The notes under the pieces are model-generated. The model did not search any database. It was not told where the DNA came from and was given only the letters and a program-made list of their open reading frames with translations. Below, in pieces: positions 9,263 through 20,895 of a stretch of DNA of 64,000 bases. Numbering within the stretch: the stretch's first letter is position 1; each line of letters opens with the position of its first letter. The DNA is from an uncultured Clostridia bacterium (lineage in GTDB: Bacteria > Bacillota > Clostridia > Christensenellales > CAG-314): positions 1,732-65,731 of the forward strand of contig CANQGO010000006.1 of assembly GCA_947623225.1 (NCBI GenBank), read 5' to 3'. A program made the position numbers and the translations under genes.

Positions 9263-11644
9263 ATGAAAGTACCTCTTTCTTGGTTAAAAGATTTTGTGGA
9301 TATAAATGTAGATATTCAAACATTGTGCGACAAGATGGTGCGAATCGGTCTGGAAATAGAAGAAGTAAAATACCTGGGCGAAAATGTCACAAATGTCAAG
9401 GTGTGCTGTATCCGACAGATCGAGCAACACCCCAATGCGGAAAGACTACTATGTTGTAAAGTGGACATAGGTGGGGAAATAATACCCATTGTTACAAACG
9501 ATCACCACGTAAAAGTAGGCGACAAGGTCCCTGTCGCGTTGCATGGCGCCGATCTTGCCAACGGGATGCATATCACAAAAGGAAAGATGCGCGGCGAAGA
9601 GTCGTGGGGCATGTTTTGCGGCGCGGAAGAGTTGGGGATCAATTCGGATATGTACCCCAATGCGGACATTGACGGCGTGCTTGTATTGGATCCGAACGCC
9701 AAGGTGGGCGAAGATATCCGAGCGGAAGTAGGCATAGATGACTATGTACTGGACATAGATGTGACGGCGAACAGGCAAGACTGCAACAGCGTACTCGGCA
9801 TAGCAAGAGAAGTCGCTGTAGCCATTGGCACAACTTGTCACGAGCCGAATATAGACTATACCGAGTATGATACTCCTACGCAGTCACTTGTCAGCGTCGA
9901 CGTTGATGCTTCGGATATATGTCGGGGATACTATATGCAGGGCGTGACGGATGTTACGATCGCAAAATCGCCTGTATGGCTGACCTCTCGCCTTGCCAAA
10001 GTGGGGTTGCACGGGATAAACAATATAGTAGATATTACCAACTATGTATTATATGAGATCGGACAGCCTATGCACGCCTTTGATCACAATGACATTAGCG
10101 GTCATCGTATAATTGTGCGCAGAGCAGCAAACGACGAAAAAATCATATTGCTTGACGAAAAAGAATATGCCTTGCAGAATAGCGATCTGGTCATCGCCGA
10201 TCGAAATCGAGCGATAGGACTCGCCGGTATAATGGGCGGAGAAAACTCGGAAATCAAAGAAAGTACTACATACGTTCTGTTTGAGTCCGCAAGTTTTTCT
10301 CGTATGAATGTACGCCGTACCGGACACAGACTGGGCGTCAGATCCGATTCTTCGGCGCGTTTCGAGAAAGGAATAGACACATATACAAACAACCTCGGAC
10401 TTTCGAGAGCGTTGCATCTGGTGGAACAACTCGGCTGCGGTAAAGTGACTCGTGGGCGCATATCCATAGGGGAAGTCGCTGCGTCAAAAGAGATCGTATT
10501 TGATAAAAGACGCATAGCCAAGTTGCTTGGCATCAAAATACCGGATGAACGCGTTGTCTCTATACTCGGAGCATTGAATATCCACGCCGAATTGGACGGA
10601 AACACCTTGAGGTGCTTGATCCCGCCGTACCGTGACGACATAGTGCGAGATTGCGATATAGTGGAAGAAGTCATTCGGGTATACGGGTATGACAACATAA
10701 AAGGTACGTTGATGCCGAAAACGCAGATAACCTGCGGCGGAAAAACGGTAGAAGATGAGCGTATAGACTCGTTGAAAAACGTTCTGAATGGCATGGGATA
10801 CAATGAGTGCATATTCTACCCATTTGCCGGCAAGGCCTTGTTTGACAAAGCGTCGATATCGCCTGTGGATGAGAATGATTATATAAAGGTGATCAACCCG
10901 ATAGGCGAAGAACTCTCCATGATGAACCTAAGTCTTGCTCCGAATATGCTGCAGTGTGTGGCATTGAATTTGTCGCGCAAAAATGCAAACTTGCGCTTGT
11001 TCGAAGTGGGTAAGGTGTATCTGTCAGAGGAGTTGCCCCTTGTGGAATTACCCTATGAACAAAGGCGGCTCTCTGTCTGCGCAACCGACATAGACTTCGA
11101 TACCTTCCGGAGCAATATCCTGCAGACCGTGCGCTCCGCGACGGATAAAAATGTGCGGTCGGTTCGCTCAAGTTGCAATATCCTGCATCCCGGCATATCA
11201 GCGGATATGCTGATCGAGGGAGCGATGGTTGGCTCTTTCGGTAAACTTCATCCGCAAATAGCAGCCAATTTCGATATAGACACGGACTGCTGGTATGCGG
11301 AGATATACTTGGATAAATTGTTCGATCATGCGCGAGGCGAGATCAAATATGAACCTTTTGCAAAATTCCCGTCGATAAGCAGGGACTTCGCTTTGCTGTG
11401 TGACGAAGAAGTGGCTGCGCAGGACGTTCTCAATGAATTTATGACATTGCCGCTGGTGGAGAGTGCAGAGCTATTCGACGTGTATCGCGACGAAAAACTC
11501 GGTGTAGGAAAAAAGAGCCTTGCCATCACGGTAATATTCCGCGACAGAAACAAAACGTTGCAAGACAGCGATATAGAAAAACAAAGCGGCAAGGCACTCC
11601 GTACCCTTAAAGAAAAATACAACGTAGTCTTGCGTGAGCAGTAA
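9263..11644 (+). CDS. pheT: phenylalanine--tRNA ligase beta subunit
   Basis: 793 aa with an N-terminal tRNA-binding domain followed by B3/4, B5 and FDX-ACB-like regions, immediately downstream of pheS. Confidence 0.95.
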   Translation: MKVPLSWLKDFVDINVDIQTLCDKMVRIGLEIEEVKYLGENVTNVKVCCIRQIEQHPNAERLLCCKVDIGGEIIPIVTNDHHVKVGDKVPVALHGADLANGMHITKGKMRGEESWGMFCGAEELGINSDMYPNADIDGVLVLDPNAKVGEDIRAEVGIDDYVLDIDVTANRQDCNSVLGIAREVAVAIGTTCHEPNIDYTEYDTPTQSLVSVDVDASDICRGYYMQGVTDVTIAKSPVWLTSRLAKVGLHGINNIVDITNYVLYEIGQPMHAFDHNDISGHRIIVRRAANDEKIILLDEKEYALQNSDLVIADRNRAIGLAGIMGGENSEIKESTTYVLFESASFSRMNVRRTGHRLGVRSDSSARFEKGIDTYTNNLGLSRALHLVEQLGCGKVTRGRISIGEVAASKEIVFDKRRIAKLLGIKIPDERVVSILGALNIHAELDGNTLRCLIPPYRDDIVRDCDIVEEVIRVYGYDNIKGTLMPKTQITCGGKTVEDERIDSLKNVLNGMGYNECIFYPFAGKALFDKASISPVDENDYIKVINPIGEELSMMNLSLAPNMLQCVALNLSRKNANLRLFEVGKVYLSEELPLVELPYEQRRLSVCATDIDFDTFRSNILQTVRSATDKNVRSVRSSCNILHPGISADMLIEGAMVGSFGKLHPQIAANFDIDTDCWYAEIYLDKLFDHARGEIKYEPFAKFPSISRDFALLCDEEVAAQDVLNEFMTLPLVESAELFDVYRDEKLGVGKKSLAITVIFRDRNKTLQDSDIEKQSGKALRTLKEKYNVVLREQ

Positions 11645-11665
11645 AAGCCATAAGGAGCATTCAGA

Positions 11666-13912
11666 TTGACGAAGAAACGAGACGTTGAAATACTTGCGCC
11701 TGCCGGAAGTACAGAGCAACTGATTGCGGCCGTGAACAACGGTTGCGATTCGGTATATCTCGGTTTGGCAAGTTTTAATGCTCGAATGAAGGCTCCTAAC
11801 TTCACCTCAGACAATATTGCCGAGTGGATAGACTACTGTCATGTATTCGGCGTAAAGGTATATGTCGCAATCAATACGTCGCTGAAAAATTCCGAATTCG
11901 ACAATGCTGTCGAGATGCTCCTGGACGTATATAACAAGCACGCCGACGGAGTCATTCTGACAGACACTGCACTGATACAGATCGCCGCCAAATTGCCAAA
12001 GCCCTTTGATATCGTAGCGAGCACGCAACTCAATATACATGATGCTTATGGTGCGGAGTTTCTGCTGGATATCGGTGCGACGACCGTGGTGTGCGCACGC
12101 GAATCGGATATAGATTCAATACGCAATATCGTTGCCACCGGGATCAAAGCAGAATGTTTTATACATGGTGCTACATGCGTTTGTCAGTCGGGACAGTGTC
12201 TGTTCTCATCGATGGTGGGAGGCAATAGCGGCAATCGCGGCCTTTGCGCGCAACCGTGCCGAAAGAAATATTCGGCAAACGGCGGCGAGTATAAATATCT
12301 GCTTTCGGCGAGAGACTTGTGCGGACTGGACGTTGCGAAGGAATTGTATGAGGCGGGAGTAACCACTTACAAGATAGAAGGCAGAAACCGTCGGGCTGAG
12401 TATGCCGGTATCACGTCCGAAGTATACGGAAAATTGTTTGACAATGGGTTCAATTACAATGACAATGACATTGTCAGACTTAAAGAAATATACAATCGCG
12501 ATATGAGCGAATTGACATATCTGCACGGAGGTGCAGAGCGTATCATTTCGCCCGATTCGCAAAACCATACGGGAGTACCGGTGGGGATCGTGCGTAATGG
12601 CGGCATAGAAAGTACGGTGCCTATAACCAAGGGCGACGGTTTCAAAATCATGAACGAAGGCGTCGAGGTGTGCGGAGGCGTTGCACTGGAAAGCGGAAGA
12701 GGACGAATTGCCGCAGAATTCAGCGGAGTCGTCAAAAACGGCATGAGTGTAAGGCGGACCACTTCGATTGCTCTATGTGATGAAATAAATGCCGTAAAAA
12801 AGAGATTGTCCATATCATTGCAATTCGTAGCAAGACATGGAGAACATGCCCGGCTGAAAGCGGTGTATGAGGAGATTTCTGCCGAAGTTGTATCGGACTA
12901 CCTCGTACAGCAGTCACAAAAGATCCCCACAACTGTGGAGGAAATCGACAAACAATTACGAAAAACAGGCAATTCATACTATACTATTTCAGACATAGAT
13001 ATCGGAATCGACGAGGTCTTCCTTGCGAAGTCTCAAATAAATGAATTGCGGCGCGCTGTGATTGAAAAACTGACAAAGGCTATTTCAGACAAGTACAACG
13101 ACCAATTCCGTGCGCGTAATGAGGTGGATATCAAGCGATTTTGCGATGAAAATCTTATTCAGATACCTAAAAATATCGCGGAGAATTGTCTGGGCGTCAT
13201 TTGTTACGATACTTGTCAACTTGACAAAGTCAGTGACGCGATATACAAAATATATAAACCGGAACACATAAATTCGCAAACACTGGAAATTTCCCAAAAG
13301 TCGAACGTATACCTGGACATTCCCTCTTTTACGGATAGCGGGGATTTGTATGGGTTGCTGAAGGAAACGCCGACAGCATTGGTTTGTCATAATCTCGGAC
13401 ACGTTCAATTGTCGAGAAAACTCGGTCTTCACTATATCGCAGGAAGCGGGTTGAATATATACAATGACAGAATGGCAACCCAATTTGCCGACGCAGACAC
13501 TTTTGTGTATTCGACAGAACTCTCACTCAACGAGATCCGTCGATTTGCCAACCAGGGTGGTCTTATTTTTGTGGATGGGGCAATCACATTGATGAAATTC
13601 GTACACTGTCCATATATGGTCTCTCTGGGGAGTCGTTGCGACAAATGCATGGCGGGTCGAAAGCTGATATACACGGATGAGCAAGGAAATCGATTCGAGA
13701 TAGTGCGTCGCAAGGACAAGCGATGCACATTTGAGCTGATAAACGGCAAAAAGCTCTCGGTTTCTTCACGACTGGCTGTCGGCGGCCGATATATGATCGA
13801 CTACAACGAGGCGGTCTTGCGACATTATACAATGCTCAATAAGGGAATAAACGATGGTTACATTGAGAAGGAACCGTATACCAAGGGCAGACTGACAGAC
13901 GGTGTGAAATAA
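11666..13912 (+). CDS. U32 family peptidase (large, DUF3656-type C-terminus)
   Basis: 748 aa starting at TTG with an AAGGAG SD. The N-terminal U32 region (ILAPAGS..., YKIEGRNR) resembles collagenase-like U32 proteins. Confidence 0.8.
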   Translation: MTKKRDVEILAPAGSTEQLIAAVNNGCDSVYLGLASFNARMKAPNFTSDNIAEWIDYCHVFGVKVYVAINTSLKNSEFDNAVEMLLDVYNKHADGVILTDTALIQIAAKLPKPFDIVASTQLNIHDAYGAEFLLDIGATTVVCARESDIDSIRNIVATGIKAECFIHGATCVCQSGQCLFSSMVGGNSGNRGLCAQPCRKKYSANGGEYKYLLSARDLCGLDVAKELYEAGVTTYKIEGRNRRAEYAGITSEVYGKLFDNGFNYNDNDIVRLKEIYNRDMSELTYLHGGAERIISPDSQNHTGVPVGIVRNGGIESTVPITKGDGFKIMNEGVEVCGGVALESGRGRIAAEFSGVVKNGMSVRRTTSIALCDEINAVKKRLSISLQFVARHGEHARLKAVYEEISAEVVSDYLVQQSQKIPTTVEEIDKQLRKTGNSYYTISDIDIGIDEVFLAKSQINELRRAVIEKLTKAISDKYNDQFRARNEVDIKRFCDENLIQIPKNIAENCLGVICYDTCQLDKVSDAIYKIYKPEHINSQTLEISQKSNVYLDIPSFTDSGDLYGLLKETPTALVCHNLGHVQLSRKLGLHYIAGSGLNIYNDRMATQFADADTFVYSTELSLNEIRRFANQGGLIFVDGAITLMKFVHCPYMVSLGSRCDKCMAGRKLIYTDEQGNRFEIVRRKDKRCTFELINGKKLSVSSRLAVGGRYMIDYNEAVLRHYTMLNKGINDGYIEKEPYTKGRLTDGVK

Positions 13913-13943
13913 TGTTTTGCGTGAATAACGACGGTGGAACAGT

Positions 13944-16316
13944 ATGATAAATGAAAAAACACTCAATAAACTTCAATATTACGACATATTGCAGGCTGTA
14001 AGCACTTTTTGCGTAAGCAGTATTGCCAAACGCAAAATACAAGAACTGCGCCCTGCGTCAGACTTCGAAACCGCTCGAAATATAATAGAGGAGACGGATC
14101 AGGGGTACAGACTATTTCAATATGAGACCTCTTTTGATCTGTCTGTAGACGACGTGAGTGAGATATGCGAATTGGCGCGCGTCGGCTCCTGCCTGTCCAT
14201 GAAGCAACTTTTGCAAATCATGCGCGCATTGCGTACTTCCAGACATTTGCAGACAGCGTTGTTTGAAGAGCGCGGAATAGATATATCTTTGTTGCAAGCC
14301 AGAGCATACGCACTATACGCAGACAAGCAACTCGAAGAGGATATAGACTTTGCCATCTTGTCCGACGACGAAATGAACGACAAGGCATCGGATGACCTGT
14401 ACGCCGTACGCAAGCGTATAAAAGCCATCAATGCCGATATCAAGCAAAAATTGCAGAGTTATACCAAAAGCAGTGAGCTGTCCAAGTATTTGCAAGATAG
14501 TATTGTCACGATGCGCAGCGATCGCTTTGTCATTCCGGTCAAGCAGGAATACAAGTCTTTTGTGCCCGGCATTGTACACGATCAATCGTCTACGGGGGCG
14601 ACTTTGTTTATTGAACCCATGGCGATAGTCCAGCTCAACAATTCACTGAGAGAGGCTATGCTCGAAGAAAAAGCCGAGATGCAGAGAATTTTGCAAGCAT
14701 ATACGGACAGGGTGACGCCTATCGCGGCGCGGATCGCGACCTCGGTAGATACGGTGAGTGACATTGACGTGATTTTTGCCAAAGTAAAGTATGCCTTGGA
14801 AAACAGGTGCACGCTGCCGCGGCTGAACAGAAACGGAATAATAGACATCAAGCAAGCACGGCATCCGCTTATAGACAAGAGCAAAGTAGTGCCTATCTCC
14901 GTCAGGTTGGGAGCCAACTATGACGTGATAGTCATAACCGGACCAAATACCGGCGGCAAAACGGTCACTCTCAAAACCATCGGACTCATGTGCGCAATGG
15001 CTATGGCAGGGCTGTTCGTTCCATGCCGTGAGGAGAGCGAAGTGTCCTTTTTCGAGGATATCTTGTGCGATATCGGTGATGAGCAAAGTATAGAGCAAAA
15101 TCTGTCCACCTTCTCCGGGCATATCTCCAATCTGCGGGATATACTCGATATGTGCGGCACCGGACACTTGGTGCTTATAGACGAGGTGGGGGCGGGAACG
15201 GAACCGAATGAAGGTGCGACATTGGCTCTCGCCATAACAGATTTTCTGCGCAAAAGCGGCGCAAAGTGCGTGATAACGACGCATTACGGCGCGCTCAAAG
15301 AATACTCTCTGACTACAGAACGCGTGGAAAATGCCTCGATGGAGTTCGATTTGAAAACACTTGCCCCGACATACCGGCTGATAATGGGTGTGCCGGGCAG
15401 TTCCAATGCAATAGCTATCGCGTCAAAGTTGGGACTCAGGCAGGACGTCATTGAGTTTGCAAGGAGAAATGTTTCTTCGGAGAAACTCGCCTTTGAGAAG
15501 GTTTTGCAAAATGCTGACAAGATCCGAAAGGAATATGAAGAAAAATCCGCAATGCTCGACGAGGAGAGAAGGCAGTTGCGGGCTGAAAGAGAAAAAACGG
15601 CGCAGCTGAACGGCAGTCTGCAAAACGAACGAGACAAATTGCTGAAAAAATCAAGGGAAGACGCGAAGGAGATCGTAGCCAAAGCCAAGCAAGAAGCGGC
15701 AGAGATCGTGGCGGAGATAAAGGAAATACTTGCGAAAGAAACCGTTTCCGATAAAGACTTGTTTGCTGCTCGCAACGCCGCGAAGCGACTTGACGCTGTG
15801 ACTATCGAGTCGGACGACGACTCCGACGAGACGATCTTTACAGGAGATAGGGTCAAATATGATTCCATCAAAATAGGCGATAGTTTATATTCGCGTAAAC
15901 TGGGAGTGCAAGTGACTGTATTGGATAAACGCAATAAGTCACGTATTCGTGTGAGATGCGGCAGTATCACTACGGAAGTGCCTGCGGACGACCTGTACGA
16001 AAGTGTGGTGGAAAGAAAAACGAAACAAAAAACGTCTCGAGGAACGGGACGCGCCACCATAAATAATTCCAGTTTTTCCAACGAAATAAATGTGATAGGG
16101 CAGACCGTAGATGACGCTATAATGAATGTAGATGAATTTATAGACGCGGCTGTCATGGCGGGGTTAAAGCAGGTATGGATCATCCACGGAATGGGAACTG
16201 GTCGCCTCAGAGCGGGGCTGCATGAACATTTTCGCCATCATCCCAATGTGGCAGAATTCCGTCTCGGTACTTACGGAGAGGGTGAAAGCGGCGTAACAGT
16301 GCTAAAACTCAAATAA
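13944..16316 (+). CDS. mutS2: endonuclease MutS2
   Basis: 790 aa with Walker A GPNTGGKT, a coiled-coil linker and a C-terminal Smr domain (IIHGMGTGRLR). Confidence 0.9.
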   Translation: MINEKTLNKLQYYDILQAVSTFCVSSIAKRKIQELRPASDFETARNIIEETDQGYRLFQYETSFDLSVDDVSEICELARVGSCLSMKQLLQIMRALRTSRHLQTALFEERGIDISLLQARAYALYADKQLEEDIDFAILSDDEMNDKASDDLYAVRKRIKAINADIKQKLQSYTKSSELSKYLQDSIVTMRSDRFVIPVKQEYKSFVPGIVHDQSSTGATLFIEPMAIVQLNNSLREAMLEEKAEMQRILQAYTDRVTPIAARIATSVDTVSDIDVIFAKVKYALENRCTLPRLNRNGIIDIKQARHPLIDKSKVVPISVRLGANYDVIVITGPNTGGKTVTLKTIGLMCAMAMAGLFVPCREESEVSFFEDILCDIGDEQSIEQNLSTFSGHISNLRDILDMCGTGHLVLIDEVGAGTEPNEGATLALAITDFLRKSGAKCVITTHYGALKEYSLTTERVENASMEFDLKTLAPTYRLIMGVPGSSNAIAIASKLGLRQDVIEFARRNVSSEKLAFEKVLQNADKIRKEYEEKSAMLDEERRQLRAEREKTAQLNGSLQNERDKLLKKSREDAKEIVAKAKQEAAEIVAEIKEILAKETVSDKDLFAARNAAKRLDAVTIESDDDSDETIFTGDRVKYDSIKIGDSLYSRKLGVQVTVLDKRNKSRIRVRCGSITTEVPADDLYESVVERKTKQKTSRGTGRATINNSSFSNEINVIGQTVDDAIMNVDEFIDAAVMAGLKQVWIIHGMGTGRLRAGLHEHFRHHPNVAEFRLGTYGEGESGVTVLKLK

Positions 16317-16389
16317 ATTACTGCAAAAAATAATGAAAACAGAGATATCTATTTCAGACATACTATCTTAGAGGCGACAAAACAAATTT

Positions 16390-17529
16390 ATGATACATTA
16401 TTTTGACAATTGCGCGACCACACGAGTGGATGACGACATCAATGAACTTATTGTCAGGTATAATTCTGACAAATATTTCAATCCGTCAGCGCGTAGTTCG
16501 TACAGCCTGGAAGTGGCAAACGATATTGCCGACGCAAGAGAGCGAATAGCAAAAATACTATATGCCACAGACGGTTCGATTCTCTTCACTTCGGGCGGCA
16601 CAGAATCGGATAACCTTGCCATCACAGGCGCGCTACGAGCCAAGCGCGGCAATATAGTTGTCACGGCATCGGAGCACGCTGCCGTATACAACGCTGTGAC
16701 CGAACTGGGCAGCAAAGGATATGACATACGCTGCGCCGCCACACTTACCGACGGGCATATAGACACAGAAGATTTCCTTTCCAAAGTGGATGACGAGACT
16801 ATCCTTGCATGCTTTATGCATGTCAACAACGAAACGGGGGCAGTCAACGATATAAAGGCTATAAACAGATCGGTCAAAGGTAAAAATCCCAAAACGGTCA
16901 CATTCTCCGACGGAGTGCAGGCGGTGGGCAAGATCCCCGTCAACCTACGCGATCTGGGCGTGGATATGTATTCCTTCTCCGGTCACAAGATACACTGCAC
17001 AAAGGGCATTGGCGCACTCTATGTAAAAAACGGCGTGCGACTTGTTGCTTCCATGCACGGAGGAGGGCAGGAAAAAGGCCTACGCTCGGGTACGGAGTTC
17101 GTCGCCGGGATCGTTGCGCTTGCCGCGTCGGTATCCAAAGCGGCACAACTTGTGTCGGGCAATACGGAAAAGTTTCTCAACTTCAAACAGGTGATCCGCT
17201 CGGCATTGTCAGACATTTCGGATATGAAAGAAAACTGTACGAGAGAAGTTTCCCCCGCGATAATGTCTATGGCATTTGCCAATATCCGCGGCGAAGTGCT
17301 GTTGCATATGCTGGAAAGATACGAAATAATAGTGGGAACAGGCTCGGCATGCAGTTCAAAGAACAAGCAAAGTCGTATCGCAAAGGCTATAGGATTGGAT
17401 CCGGACTATTCAGAAGGATTGATAAGGATAAGTTTCTCAAAATACAATTCTCCGGATGAAGTACAACTTCTCGGAGATAAATTGGCGATATGCGTAACGG
17501 AACTACGCAAGACTATGCTGGGAAAATAA
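16390..17529 (+). CDS. cysteine desulfurase (NifS/IscS family)
   Basis: 379 aa with PLP-lysine motif SFSGHK and catalytic Cys loop GSACSS. It is paired with thiI downstream. Confidence 0.85.
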   Translation: MIHYFDNCATTRVDDDINELIVRYNSDKYFNPSARSSYSLEVANDIADARERIAKILYATDGSILFTSGGTESDNLAITGALRAKRGNIVVTASEHAAVYNAVTELGSKGYDIRCAATLTDGHIDTEDFLSKVDDETILACFMHVNNETGAVNDIKAINRSVKGKNPKTVTFSDGVQAVGKIPVNLRDLGVDMYSFSGHKIHCTKGIGALYVKNGVRLVASMHGGGQEKGLRSGTEFVAGIVALAASVSKAAQLVSGNTEKFLNFKQVIRSALSDISDMKENCTREVSPAIMSMAFANIRGEVLLHMLERYEIIVGTGSACSSKNKQSRIAKAIGLDPDYSEGLIRISFSKYNSPDEVQLLGDKLAICVTELRKTMLGK

Positions 17530-17539
17530 AGAGGTAGAT

Positions 17540-18691
17540 ATGAAAGTAATTATAATCAGATATTCGGAGATCCATCTCAAAGGCAACAACAGAGACTTTT
17601 TCGAAAGCGCGCTCGTCTCAAATATCAAGACGGTTTTGAAAGATTTTCGATATGAGTTTGCGCGCAGTAATGCCAGATATATCATTCGTGAATTCGACCA
17701 AGAGCGTCTGTATGACATAGTCGACGCAATAAAGAATGTATTTGGCGTTCATTCTCTGAGCATAGCGGAAGAGGTTTCCTCTGACCTCAATGAGATATCT
17801 CGTGCGGCGTTGCTGTTTGCCCCTCAAAGCGGTACTTTTAAGGTCAATACAAACCGTGCGGACAAACGTTTCCCGCTTAGATCCATGGAAGTATCGGCAG
17901 AAGTCGGTGGGGATATTCTCGAGGCACATCCGAATCTGAAAGTGGACCTGTATAATCCCGAGCACACCGTCTCTATAGATATCCGGGAAAACGGAAAGAC
18001 TTTTGTCTACAGCGAAACGATCAAGGCTGTCAACGGCATGCCTGTCGGAACGGGAGGAAAGGGTATAGTGATGCTGTCCGGCGGAATAGACAGTCCCGTC
18101 GCGGCGTATATGATGGCGAAACGCGGAATGACGCTCCGCGCCGTTCATTTTCACAGTTTCCCTTATACAAGTCTCCAAGCACGTCAAAAGGTACTGGATC
18201 TGGCGAAGATCATAAAAAAATATACTCTGCACATGACGGTAGACGTGGTCAGTTTCACCGAGATCCAGACAGCGATCCATGAGCAGTGCCCCGAAGAATA
18301 CATGATAACAATAATGCGCAGATTCATGATGCGTATTGCCGAAAGGATAGCGAAACTGCACGGAGCAGGTGCTGTCATTACCGGGGAAAGTCTCGGGCAG
18401 GTCGCCAGTCAGACGCTGGAAAGCATCACGAGTACGAATTCCGTTGCGTCAATTCCCGTATTTCGCCCTTTGATCGGCTTTGATAAGGACGAGATTATAG
18501 AGATTTCTCAAAAAATCGGAACGTTCGATACGTCTATCTTGCCGTATGAGGACTGCTGTACCATCTTTTTACCAAAGCGTCCGGTCACAAAACCGAGGCT
18601 GGAGCATGTGCTGAAGGTGGAGAGCGTGCTGGACGTGGATACGTTGGTGGAAAATGCCCTGTCCTCTATAGAATCTGTGGTCATCGAGTGA
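17540..18691 (+). CDS. thiI: tRNA 4-thiouridine(8) synthase ThiI
   Basis: 383 aa with a THUMP region and the PP-loop SGGIDSPVA. Confidence 0.9.
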   Translation: MKVIIIRYSEIHLKGNNRDFFESALVSNIKTVLKDFRYEFARSNARYIIREFDQERLYDIVDAIKNVFGVHSLSIAEEVSSDLNEISRAALLFAPQSGTFKVNTNRADKRFPLRSMEVSAEVGGDILEAHPNLKVDLYNPEHTVSIDIRENGKTFVYSETIKAVNGMPVGTGGKGIVMLSGGIDSPVAAYMMAKRGMTLRAVHFHSFPYTSLQARQKVLDLAKIIKKYTLHMTVDVVSFTEIQTAIHEQCPEEYMITIMRRFMMRIAERIAKLHGAGAVITGESLGQVASQTLESITSTNSVASIPVFRPLIGFDKDEIIEISQKIGTFDTSILPYEDCCTIFLPKRPVTKPRLEHVLKVESVLDVDTLVENALSSIESVVIE

Positions 18692-18693
18692 CC

Positions 18694-20895
18694 TCAGCCC
18701 CAATACCAAAAATCTGTCAGATCGGGGAAATGCCGCGGAGTCGTGTCGGACTCGCAAAAATATACTGTTATCGGCGGAGTGGTGTATACAAGTTTGTTCT
18801 TCTTGTACAACTCCGCGAAAAATGTGGTATCGGCGTCTATCGTACAGCGATATTCGCCTTTTTCCATGCTCAATAGTTCATTGCCGCTTTCCGTCCGACG
18901 ATACAGCCGCCATTCTCCGTCAGTTTGAGGCAATGTCACTTGTATGCGGTTTGAGTCGGAATGAATATCTGGTACGTAGTCATACCGTTCCTTGACAATT
19001 GTTTGCTTGGGTTGGTTGCCGATATCGAACCAGAACTTTTCCCCGCTGTCACATTTTGTGACCAATTGATTGTCGTATAGATCGTCTTTATCTATATCTA
19101 ATCTCACCACGGAAGAGGGCGGAAGAAAATCTGTGGGAGTGTGTTTTGCGTATACATATTTCAGTAATTTTTGTGAAAATTCACACGGCGCGGTGGCTCC
19201 GTTGACGGAGTTGGGCAAGTCGCCGCTGTACCATGACACAAAAGTGTGCTCGGTAGTGTATCCGGCCACCAGCGCGTCCGTGTTGCCCTTTTGATCGCCG
19301 ACGGTGCCCGTTTTCGCCGCTATCTGATATTTTCCGTTTTTCAATGCCTTGGCGGTGCCTACATTCACGGTATTGACCAACATATCCGTCATCAAATAGT
19401 TCGCACCGGAACGGAATATGCGCTTGTTCTTCGGCTCGCGTGTGTATATCAAACCATGTGTGCTGTATATATTCTTGATAAAGCCTATGTCGTTGCAACG
19501 CCCATCGTTGGCAAGTGTAGCATAGCACTTGGCGAGGGTGAATATATCCATTCCTCCTTGCGCGTTACCAAGCGCGAGCGACAGGTCCTGTTTTCCGGAT
19601 ATGCCGAATTGTTCAAGATATTGCTCGGATATTGGCAGTGTGAGAGCATTCAATGTCTTGACCGCAGGCACATTCAGACTCTTGGCTACGGCATATTTCA
19701 CCGTCGTCCAGCCGTTGTATCCACTCGCATTGGTCGGTCTGTATCCGTTGAAATCCGTCTCTTCATCCAGTATGGGTGACGCTTGGGTGATTATTTTCTC
19801 ATTGAGCGCGGGCGCATATACTGCGATCGGTTTCAACGCGCTCCCCACCTGACGCCGAGTCCCCGCCGTTTCGCCTTTTAGTATACACGCCTCGATCCCG
19901 CCGCAGTTGTCAAGTAAAATGGCAGACAGATCGGCAGGATCGCCGCCGGAAGTCATAGTGGAGTCGCTTCGTGCCATATCCACCAATTGCCGCTGTATCT
20001 CGGGATCGTAATATGTCTCTATCACAAAGTCCGATTTGGCAAGTTGTTGCGGGGTCATATTGAGTAGGCGGCATGCCTCTTGCATAACGAGATACATATA
20101 ATTGCGTTCGGGGCGAAGAGTCTGCGGACAATAATGTATTTCTTCTTTGCATGCGCTGTCAAACTCATCGAAATCCACGAATTCCTGCTCGAGCATGAGA
20201 CGTAAAACGGTATCTCTGCGAGATTTGCATCTGTCGGTGTTTTTGTCGGGAGCATAGACATTGGGTGCTTTTATCATCCCTGCCAATACGGCACTCTCCG
20301 CCAGGCTCAACTCGGAAGCACTTTTGTTGAAGTACACATTTGCCGCGCTCTCTATGCCATAGGCGTTTCTGCCGAAATATATTGTATTGATATACATTTC
20401 GAGAATTTCTTCTTTGCTGTAAGCCTTCTCCAGTTCCTTTGCCAGCATCATTTCGTTTATTTTACGACGGATCGTCTTGGAATTGTCCAGGTGAGTGTTT
20501 TTGATAAGTTGCTGACTTATTGTAGACGCGCCCTCTTTATAACTGCGACTGCGCAGGTTATGCAGGAGTGCGCCGACTATCCGTCGCTCGTCTATACCGT
20601 GATGGCTGAAAAAGCGTTTGTCTTCAACGGCGACAAAGGCGTTGTACGTATAGTCGTGCAGCGCGGCAAGCGGTATTTGCTTGTAATTGTTGATATACAG
20701 CGGCTCGGCAAGAGCCTGACCGTCGTCGTCCAGCACGGTCAATGCGGTATATACTTGATTCAACTTGCTGCTGTCGAATTGGACAAAGCCATCGGACTTA
20801 CGAAAATATCTCAGGCAGATGACGCCTGCAAGTACCGCAAACAACATAACGCATGCGGTGATCCCGAAAATAATTTTGATGATTTTTCCTTTCAT
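18694..20895 (-). CDS. class A penicillin-binding protein (PBP1A family)
   Basis: 733 aa with an N-terminal TM, GT51 motif EDKRFFSHHGID, and transpeptidase motifs SALKP and KTGT. A C-terminal extension of about 110 aa is unassigned. Confidence 0.9.
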   Translation of the reverse strand: MKGKIIKIIFGITACVMLFAVLAGVICLRYFRKSDGFVQFDSSKLNQVYTALTVLDDDGQALAEPLYINNYKQIPLAALHDYTYNAFVAVEDKRFFSHHGIDERRIVGALLHNLRSRSYKEGASTISQQLIKNTHLDNSKTIRRKINEMMLAKELEKAYSKEEILEMYINTIYFGRNAYGIESAANVYFNKSASELSLAESAVLAGMIKAPNVYAPDKNTDRCKSRRDTVLRLMLEQEFVDFDEFDSACKEEIHYCPQTLRPERNYMYLVMQEACRLLNMTPQQLAKSDFVIETYYDPEIQRQLVDMARSDSTMTSGGDPADLSAILLDNCGGIEACILKGETAGTRRQVGSALKPIAVYAPALNEKIITQASPILDEETDFNGYRPTNASGYNGWTTVKYAVAKSLNVPAVKTLNALTLPISEQYLEQFGISGKQDLSLALGNAQGGMDIFTLAKCYATLANDGRCNDIGFIKNIYSTHGLIYTREPKNKRIFRSGANYLMTDMLVNTVNVGTAKALKNGKYQIAAKTGTVGDQKGNTDALVAGYTTEHTFVSWYSGDLPNSVNGATAPCEFSQKLLKYVYAKHTPTDFLPPSSVVRLDIDKDDLYDNQLVTKCDSGEKFWFDIGNQPKQTIVKERYDYVPDIHSDSNRIQVTLPQTDGEWRLYRRTESGNELLSMEKGEYRCTIDADTTFFAELYKKNKLVYTTPPITVYFCESDTTPRHFPDLTDFWYWG